Of a DNA stretch of 17,608 bases, positions 1-6,729 are shown one piece after another; position 1 is the stretch's first letter, and each line of letters begins with the position of its first letter. The position numbers and the translations under genes are program-made. The notes under the pieces were generated by a model. That model saw only the letters and a program-made list of their open reading frames with translations. It did not search any database and had not been told where the DNA came from. The DNA lies in assembly GCA_002763225.1 (NCBI GenBank), contig PFAI01000008.1, forward strand, positions 1-17,608, given 5' to 3'. Source of the stretch: Candidatus Diapherotrites archaeon CG10_big_fil_rev_8_21_14_0_10_31_34 (GTDB taxonomy: Archaea; Iainarchaeota; Iainarchaeia; Iainarchaeales; 1-14-0-10-31-34).

Positions 1-2553
1 GTCGCAGTAGGAGACGCAGATTGTTCAGGAGGAGCAACCCCTTCAGTAACAGGATTAACTGTTGACTTAAGTGTTGGAGGAACAACTTCTGTTTCAGGAG
101 GGAAAACCTTCTATGCTGATATGTATTCAGGAACATCAGCACAAGAAGCAAACTTCAACAACCAGTCAGTAACTAACGCAAATGTTCCATCCTTATACTA
201 CAACGGAGCAAAATCCTACACTTATAACGCCACAAGCTATTCAACTTCAATCCAAGAAAGACTGACCTTTATAGCAGACATAAAGTTTGATGAAGTAACA
301 AACAAAGCATTAGTGGCAGAAATAACTTCAGGAAACCTGAAATACAACCTTAACTTAGGACAGGGAATTCCAAGATATGAAGCATTAGGCGGTTCAGTAA
401 ACTTCACTGATGATTCAAACGACAATGTAAGAGTTCCTTTCTTTGGAGACGACTATCTTGTGAAAAACGTCACCACATCCTATGTCGAATTAATCAAGAC
501 TTCAGGAGAAACACAGTACTCTGAAGGAGACAGAATAACTGATTTAGAAGGATATGACAATGAAATGTACTATATTGAAATCGGGGCAGGAGGAACTTCT
601 GGTTCAACACAGAAAATTACCTTGTCTTTGTATAAAGAAGACGGGACTCTTGTAAAAACTGATTTATTCTCTACAGGAGATGTAGTATTCTATGACGACA
701 GCACAGGACAGCCAGTTTTGGATACATTGGTTAACATCAGTGAAATCCTGAAAACAGTTGTATCTGACGCAGAAATCTACACACCAATAGTTCTTGTAGG
801 AAGCTCAAGAGTATTATTGTACAACGATAAAGGATATCCTTATGACGCAACAAAACCAGCTGACGATTATGACTGGGAAGTTAAATTAAGCTTTTCAGGA
901 GACTACCTGAAAGACATTAACATCCAGAACAGGTCAGAATACGACTTTGTCGGAACAGACGCTTTGTTAGTTGGCGAAGAAGCTGTATTCCCTAACGGTA
1001 CAGGAAAAATATCTTTTGTAGGGTTGCAGTTGCCTGAATTTACAGGTGTTTCAAAAACAGAAAGAACAACTGTATTTGGAATAGAAGACGGAGTCTTAAG
1101 CTACAAAGATTCAACTTATGAAGCAACACACTCAGTTCCATTGTACACCGTAAGCCTAGCAATGTCAGATGAAGGAACAGACACTCAAAGTATTGATTCA
1201 AAAACAATCTGGTATAAAATAAACACAACTGATTCAAACATTTTGGGAAACAGTTCAGCTGATGGTTCAGGAACAGGATCTGAATGTATTGGTGACTCAA
1301 ACTACATTAACGGAGAATTAATCCGCATTAACAGAATCTTCAAAGGAGGAAGCGGAAGCGATGACAACGCATTCATTGGAAACCAATTCTATCATATTGG
1401 TGATGCAAATGTTGACATTAACGGAATGCAGTTCACTTTCTCAGGGGTAAACGACACAAATCTTTGTATCTACCTGACAGCAGACGGAAACGTTACCTTT
1501 AAGAAAGAAACTTCCACAGGAACTTTAATCCAAGAAGTCTATTATGCAGACGGAAACTATGGAGTTAATATTCCAATAACTTTTGAAGGAGCAAGTTCTG
1601 TAAACCATGACTATGAAATAATGGTTGATGAAATAGGTTCAACTGCAAGACTGTGGTTATTCTTTGACTCACAGGCATTAACTACACAGTACAACAAGCA
1701 CGTGCAGTTATTAGGAACCGATATTCAGGAAGACACAACTTTCGGAGACTATGGTTTCTATTTGCCACACAGCCAGTACTTACCAACAAGACTTGACGGT
1801 GACACAAACTACAACTCAAACGAATACTTTGTAGCAAACATAAGAATAGATGAAGACGAGGACAGTACATATGACCTGAATGCATTCATTAACACAGCAA
1901 CAGGCAACTTAATTGCGCTGCCAAACAACGAATTAAGCACCTACTCTTATGAAGCAGACTATAACCACAATACAAAGTTTTTGAGTGAAAGCACTACCGC
2001 AACTTATCCTTCATCAGCATACACTGACTTTGGAACACACATTGTCTTAAGCGACCACAAATACACCGCAACAGTTCCAGAAAACAGACCTCAAGCAGAA
2101 CTTCTGGTTTCAGGAACAGGAACTTCAACAACTGTTACAGGCGGAGAAGAGTTGACAATAGCTGAAGGAGCAACAGGAAGCACTACAAGCGGAACAAGAG
2201 TAACTGTAACTAATATCAACTATGATGCAACTTGTACTGGTGGAACCGGAACAGGATCAGGTGTTTGCACAGTTTCTCCAACAATGTATAAAAGCTTTGT
2301 TGCAGCAAGAAACCTTGTAAAAGACGATTCTGGAGCTTCAGCAGCCACACACGTTATTGTAGGAGGCTGGAAAGTCAACGCTTTAGCTGACGGAGTAACT
2401 GTTGGTGGCCAGAGCTTGAAAGACATATTAACCGGATCAGGAAAATATGTTGCAGACAAGACTGATGACGAAGACATAATTGTTGCAGGATTCAATGCCA
2501 GCGGAACAGGAACCGCTGCACAAGAATTAATTAACGCAATAGAAAACCTTTAA
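1..2553 (+). CDS. S-layer (surface) glycoprotein, 5'-truncated by the window edge
   Basis: Frame 1 is open from base 1 (VAVGDADCSGGATPS...) into the listed ORF, so the true start is upstream of the window. The protein is T/S/G/D/N-rich and acidic with about 12 N-x-S/T sequons. The C-terminus (HVIVGGWKVNALA...DIIVAGFNASGTGTAAQELI) resembles the Methanococcales/Thermococcales S-layer C-terminal domain (LILVGGPxxN...VAG...T..AA). Higher GC and a preference for AAC/GAC/TAC/TTC codons suggest high expression. Confidence 0.85.
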   Translation, partial: VAVGDADCSGGATPSVTGLTVDLSVGGTTSVSGGKTFYADMYSGTSAQEANFNNQSVTNANVPSLYYNGAKSYTYNATSYSTSIQERLTFIADIKFDEVTNKALVAEITSGNLKYNLNLGQGIPRYEALGGSVNFTDDSNDNVRVPFFGDDYLVKNVTTSYVELIKTSGETQYSEGDRITDLEGYDNEMYYIEIGAGGTSGSTQKITLSLYKEDGTLVKTDLFSTGDVVFYDDSTGQPVLDTLVNISEILKTVVSDAEIYTPIVLVGSSRVLLYNDKGYPYDATKPADDYDWEVKLSFSGDYLKDINIQNRSEYDFVGTDALLVGEEAVFPNGTGKISFVGLQLPEFTGVSKTERTTVFGIEDGVLSYKDSTYEATHSVPLYTVSLAMSDEGTDTQSIDSKTIWYKINTTDSNILGNSSADGSGTGSECIGDSNYINGELIRINRIFKGGSGSDDNAFIGNQFYHIGDANVDINGMQFTFSGVNDTNLCIYLTADGNVTFKKETSTGTLIQEVYYADGNYGVNIPITFEGASSVNHDYEIMVDEIGSTARLWLFFDSQALTTQYNKHVQLLGTDIQEDTTFGDYGFYLPHSQYLPTRLDGDTNYNSNEYFVANIRIDEDEDSTYDLNAFINTATGNLIALPNNELSTYSYEADYNHNTKFLSESTTATYPSSAYTDFGTHIVLSDHKYTATVPENRPQAELLVSGTGTSTTVTGGEELTIAEGATGSTTSGTRVTVTNINYDATCTGGTGTGSGVCTVSPTMYKSFVAARNLVKDDSGASAATHVIVGGWKVNALADGVTVGGQSLKDILTGSGKYVADKTDDEDIIVAGFNASGTGTAAQELINAIENL

Positions 2554-2558
2554 ATAAA

Positions 2559-2599
2559 AAAGTAGGGTTTACCCCTACTTTCTCTTTTTCTTTTTTTTT
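2559..2599 (+). terminator. Hairpin plus oligo-T terminator of the S-layer gene
   Basis: AAAGTAGGG-TTTAC-CCCTACTTT (9-bp stem, 2559-2581) lies 5 nt after the TAA and is followed by CTCTTTTTCTTTTTTTTT. Confidence 0.8.
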
Positions 2600-2629
2600 A
2601 AATTTTACTTTAAATATCATTAGCTTAAA

Positions 2630-2858
2630 CGTTTCGCCGTCGCGCCTGCTCGCGCGAGCCGATTTCGCTCGGCTGTCACGAGGCACGAGTTTCACTCGTG
2701 CTAGCACGACTTTACGTCGTGCACCGGCACTCACGATTGAAATCGTGAGCGTGCTACTTTCAGTAGCACTGCTATAAGTTAGTTTATTTCTTTCCTAATT
2801 CAATGCTTTCGCGCTTTCGTGCGCGAGCAACGGTGTACGACATTCACTTTGTTCAGTC
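2630..2858. repeat. GC-rich array of short palindromic hairpins (REP-like element or structured ncRNA)
   Basis: About 59% GC over 2631-2770 by hand count. Stems at 2657-2674, 2683-2701, 2704-2722, 2730-2749, 2751-2769 and 2809-2826. A 9-bp inverted repeat (2647-2655/2821-2829) encloses them. Confidence 0.8.
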
Positions 2859-2929
2859 CTGCTGTATTTCTTATTTTAACCCCTAATCAATTAGTTTTAT
2901 TTTAAATCTTTTTGCTGTGTTTACTTTTT

Positions 2930-3547
2930 ATGGAAAGAAATAATTTGATTGCATTAATTTTAGTATTATTAATTTTTGTTTTTGCAGGAGTGTATTTTTT
3001 TTATCAGGAAGAACAGTTTATTTATCAGGAAGAAATAAATGGAATAGTGTTTAATTCAAATTCTTTTTCTTCTCCTCAAAAATATTTTTCTGAAACAGTT
3101 AAAGAAAGAGATTCATTTATTTTTGTTTCTGAAGTTGATTCAAAGCAAAACAATTTAGTTGATGCTTCAATTCAGGTTGCTTTGGTTTCAGGGATTTTTT
3201 CTGCTACAGGAAAAAACATTTCTTCAGTTATTTTTGTTTTAAATGAACAAAATGAACTAGATTACTGTCAGACCAATTTTGGGGAAAAATCCAAAAACGA
3301 AAAATTAACTAAAAGGCAATGTGAAAATTTATTGAATAACTCAAGCGATTTCAAGTTTATAGCAAAATTAGCTGATGAAAAACTAAATAAACCTCAGGTA
3401 GAAATGTATAATAATTCTGTTGTAATAAAGCCGACAAGAAAAGAAGAAACAATAATTATTTTGCAGCAGTTATTTACTGCAATTTATTCTGATTCAGCTG
3501 AAATAATTGATAAAATTAATTCAATACTGCATTCCATTACATCTTAA
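2930..3547 (+). CDS. Hypothetical membrane-anchored protein (205 aa, single N-terminal TM helix)
   Basis: ATG at 2930 is preferred to TTG 2912 because a TATA-like TTTAAAT at 2901-2907 sits at leaderless spacing. Hydrophobic LIALILVLLIFVFAGVYFFY is followed by a soluble domain with two Cys. No family recognised. Confidence 0.75.
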   Translation: MERNNLIALILVLLIFVFAGVYFFYQEEQFIYQEEINGIVFNSNSFSSPQKYFSETVKERDSFIFVSEVDSKQNNLVDASIQVALVSGIFSATGKNISSVIFVLNEQNELDYCQTNFGEKSKNEKLTKRQCENLLNNSSDFKFIAKLADEKLNKPQVEMYNNSVVIKPTRKEETIIILQQLFTAIYSDSAEIIDKINSILHSITS

Positions 3548-3558
3548 CTGGTTTTTTG

Positions 3559-4536
3559 ATGAAAAATTTTATTAAAAAAAGCATTTTTTCACTGATTTTT
3601 TTTATTGCAGTTCTTACAATAGTGTTATTCTGGACTAATGCTCATATTGAATTGCTTAAAATTGACTGGTTTCTTTTCTTTATTGCCTGCTTTTTTTTCT
3701 TGTTTTCTGTTTTTGTCTGGCTAATTTCCTGGGCTTTTTTAATCAGGAAAAGGGCAAGTGTTTCTTTTTCAAATCTTTTTATTATTGGTTTTAGTTCTTT
3801 GTATGGTGCATTGACTCCGATTCAATTAGGGGCAGAAGCACTGCGTTCAATGAAACTAAAAAGCTTTTTTAAGGTCCCGTATGAAGAATCAATTTCTTCT
3901 TCAATGATTGTTAAAGGAACTAAATTTATTATTCTTGCAATATTTTTTGTTTTTATTTTGATTTTTTTTGTTTCTAAAGCAGACCTTGATTCAACAACTT
4001 TTTTTGCTTTATTAAGCGGTTTTTTTGTTATAGCAATTGTAATCTTGTTTTTTATTCTGCCTTTAAACAATAAATGTGGTTTAATTATCAGCTCTTTTTT
4101 GAGGTTTTTATCAAAAGACATTAGTTTGTTTGCTGTAATTGAAAAATTTTTTTTGGCTTATTCAAAAAATTTAAAGAATTTAACTATGAAAACTTTTTTC
4201 TTTGTTTTAATTATTTCTCTTTTCTCTTATTTGTTTGAGTTTCTTGCATTTCAATTCAGTTTTTTTACTGTAGGCATTTCATTGGGTTTTGTTCCATTGC
4301 TTGTATTGTTTACTGTGATTTCTGTTTTAGAGAGAACCCCGTTTCTTCCAAGAGGAATTGGTTTAGTGGAATTTGCTGCATTAACTTTTCTTTCAATTCC
4401 CTGGTTTGTTAATACAACTCTTTCTTTGCCTGAAATTGGTGCAGTATTAATTGTATTTGATTTTGTCAGGCTGGTTATTCCGACTGTTTTCAGCTTATTA
4501 ATTGCAGCAGTATTCAAAATAGATATTAAAGAGTGA
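3559..4536 (+). CDS. UPF0104 / lysylphosphatidylglycerol-synthase-TM family (AglD-like flippase domain) membrane protein
   Basis: Multi-pass membrane protein with the family-like motifs W..LI, LTPIQLGAEALR, TPFLPRGIGLVE and FDFVRL. ATG at 3559 follows TTG 3556. Confidence 0.8.
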   Translation: MKNFIKKSIFSLIFFIAVLTIVLFWTNAHIELLKIDWFLFFIACFFFLFSVFVWLISWAFLIRKRASVSFSNLFIIGFSSLYGALTPIQLGAEALRSMKLKSFFKVPYEESISSSMIVKGTKFIILAIFFVFILIFFVSKADLDSTTFFALLSGFFVIAIVILFFILPLNNKCGLIISSFLRFLSKDISLFAVIEKFFLAYSKNLKNLTMKTFFFVLIISLFSYLFEFLAFQFSFFTVGISLGFVPLLVLFTVISVLERTPFLPRGIGLVEFAALTFLSIPWFVNTTLSLPEIGAVLIVFDFVRLVIPTVFSLLIAAVFKIDIKE

Positions 4537-5479
4537 TTTTTCCGAAAATATAGAGCCAAACCAAGCAATTTAGTGCTACTACCACTAGATTAATCAACAC
4601 AATTTGCCATTCTTTTAATGGCCCAAACACTTTTAAAACAAGTTTAGCAAAATCATATTTTGTTTTTCCTGTATATTCTGGAATAGCTAATCTGCTATCT
4701 TCAAGTAATTTGTATGGTTTTGATTTAACTTGAGTCATGTCTGTTAAATTAGTTCTCATTTTCAAAAACAAGAAATCAATTAAATGAGGTAAATAAAAAA
4801 AACAAAAAACAATTATTAAATTTTTTTCCATTGTTAATACAATTAATCCGGTTATTGCGCTTCCCATTAATAATGTTCCTGAATCTCCTGGAAAAACTCT
4901 TGCAGGAAAAACATTAAATACAAGCAAAGCCAGAATTGCTCCTAAAACTGCAATAGAATAAATAAATAATCCTGAACCAATCAGCAAAAAAGAAACAAAT
5001 AAACAAATAATATAACTTGAACCTACTTCCCAGCCATTTAATCCGGCAAAACTATTATGAAAAGAAGAAAATATTGCAATAAAAAATCCAATCAAAATCC
5101 CAGTAATTATTTCTCCTGAAATTAAATAACCAAAAACAATTGAAGCAATTATTACAGGCAAGGCTCTTTTTTTCCAGCCTAATGGTTTGCCCCATTTATT
5201 TTTTGTGTCATCAACAAACCCAACCAAAGAAAAAACAGTTATTATTCCCATCCAATAAAAGCTTTGAATCCAAAATCCTTCCAAAAAATTTATTGTTAAA
5301 ACAATAATCCATAAAACAAAAAGCAATACAATTCCTGTTGCTTCAGGAGTTTTATTTTGTGTTTTTTTATTAATATCTGTTCCTAAAGCAAAGTTTTTTG
5401 TCCGGCTCCATTTTTCAAAGAAAAAAATTCCTATTAACCCTAAAATTAACGGCAAAAAAAAATAGATTAGTTCATTCAT
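4526..5479 (-). CDS. UDP-GlcNAc:polyprenyl/dolichyl-phosphate GlcNAc-1-phosphate transferase (MraY/GPT family, AglH-like)
   Basis: Motifs GTDINK, PEATG, GFVDD, NSFAGLNGWE and FNVFPARVFPGDSGT match the archaeal/eukaryotic GPT branch of the family. About 10 TM helices. Its stop overlaps the 3' end of the convergent gene by 11 bp. Confidence 0.85.
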   Translation of the reverse strand: MNELIYFFLPLILGLIGIFFFEKWSRTKNFALGTDINKKTQNKTPEATGIVLLFVLWIIVLTINFLEGFWIQSFYWMGIITVFSLVGFVDDTKNKWGKPLGWKKRALPVIIASIVFGYLISGEIITGILIGFFIAIFSSFHNSFAGLNGWEVGSSYIICLFVSFLLIGSGLFIYSIAVLGAILALLVFNVFPARVFPGDSGTLLMGSAITGLIVLTMEKNLIIVFCFFYLPHLIDFLFLKMRTNLTDMTQVKSKPYKLLEDSRLAIPEYTGKTKYDFAKLVLKVFGPLKEWQIVLINLVVVALNCLVWLYIFGKITL

Positions 5480-5480
5480 T

Positions 5481-6719
5481 TTAACACTTCATTAATTCTT
5501 TTAATACTGTGGTAGCATAATTGCCTTTTGATAAATAAAAGCTTATCCTTGCTTTTAATTTTCCTTCATTAAATTCGTCTTCAGAAATTTCCTCTAATTT
5601 CAAATCTTTTGGAAACAAAACTATTTCTTTTCTTGTTCCTTTAGAAGACATTTCTCTCATTTCTTTTACATAAAATTGTTTTAATTCAATTTTTTCTTCT
5701 TCTAAAATCTCTTTTTCAATTATTCCTATTTTTCCTTCAGCAAATTTGCTTTCAAATCCAGCCAGCAACCCTGATGGAACTCCGTTAATTAATACATCTC
5801 CTTTAGTTTCTTTTAATCCAATTCCTTGTGTAATCCTTTCCTGAATTATTTTATTAAACAAAAAACTTTGATAAGCATGAACAAATAAATACCTTAAACT
5901 TTTTGGAAGAGTCCTGAATGCCCCAATAAAATCGTCTGGATTTTTAACTAAATGATTTAGCATTGCTCTTTCATACCTGAATTTTATCGGCATGTCCTTT
6001 AATGCTTTGCCAAAATCTCTTGTTTTCTCTAATTCTGTTCTTGCATTTCTTATTTCTTCTTCTTCTAATTCGTTTGTTGCAGTTAAATAAATCATTACTC
6101 CTTTTTCCGGGTTTCCTTTAACAAATTCTTTTCCAACTAAATGGCTTACTTTTCTTATTCCTCCAAATCTTTGTTCCCCAAAATAGTTTGCTATTCCTTT
6201 ATCTATTTCTTTAAAACATTCTTTAATTCTTTTTTCTGTTTCTTTTTTGTCTAATTCAATCTGTCTTACAGTTATTTCAAATTTGTTTCCTTTTAGCATT
6301 CCAATTCTTAGTCTTTCTTTTTTCCATTCAGGATTAGATAATTTAACAAATTTGCTTTTAAACTCAGCTACTCTTTCTGTTTCTGGCTTGAAAAAACAGA
6401 TTTTTTGGGAAGTAATTGCTCTTTTGTCTTTTACTCCTGCATAAGTAATTCTTTTTTTTGATATTCTGTTGTATCTTGCAAGCCTTCTGATTGCTTCATT
6501 TACATCTAAATTAAATTTCTGCATTTCCAAATACAAGTACTTGCATTCTTTTTCGTTTTCCGGAATAATTAATTTATCTTGTCTTTCAAGGCATTCTTCA
6601 TCGAGCCATAAATCACAGTCTTTTCCTTCTTCGCTTACTTCAATTACTTTAAAGTCTTTAATTCGTTCTTTTATTCTTCCGCCTATTCCTTTTGTTTTAG
6701 TTGAATAAAATTCGTTCAT
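5481..6719 (-). CDS. truD: tRNA pseudouridine(13) synthase TruD
   Basis: Motifs DFKVIE, AGVKDKRAITSQ (catalytic Asp), LKGNKFEI, NYFGEQRFG, HAYQSFLFN and FYLSKGNYAT. Confidence 0.95.
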   Translation of the reverse strand: MNEFYSTKTKGIGGRIKERIKDFKVIEVSEEGKDCDLWLDEECLERQDKLIIPENEKECKYLYLEMQKFNLDVNEAIRRLARYNRISKKRITYAGVKDKRAITSQKICFFKPETERVAEFKSKFVKLSNPEWKKERLRIGMLKGNKFEITVRQIELDKKETEKRIKECFKEIDKGIANYFGEQRFGGIRKVSHLVGKEFVKGNPEKGVMIYLTATNELEEEEIRNARTELEKTRDFGKALKDMPIKFRYERAMLNHLVKNPDDFIGAFRTLPKSLRYLFVHAYQSFLFNKIIQERITQGIGLKETKGDVLINGVPSGLLAGFESKFAEGKIGIIEKEILEEEKIELKQFYVKEMREMSSKGTRKEIVLFPKDLKLEEISEDEFNEGKLKARISFYLSKGNYATTVLKELMKC

Positions 6720-6729
6720 ATTTAATCAG

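Noticed and set aside
121..123. ATG 121 as the start of the S-layer gene
   Set aside because: The frame is open to base 1 with the same composition, and there is no signal peptide after this Met.
2531..2734. 67-aa minus-strand ORF across the hairpin array
   Set aside because: It has a GTG start, and its R/A/K-rich composition is explained by the palindromes and the T-tract. It also runs through the S-layer terminator.
2640..2830. CRISPR array in the GC-rich hairpin region
   Set aside because: There are no identical direct repeats separated by 30-40-nt spacers. The stems differ from each other and abut directly, and no cas genes are in the window.
2620..2870. RNase P RNA, SRP RNA or tRNA in the GC island
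   Set aside because: I found no GAGGAAAGUCC-type RNase P motif, no SRP helix-8 motif and no T-loop or cloverleaf on either strand.
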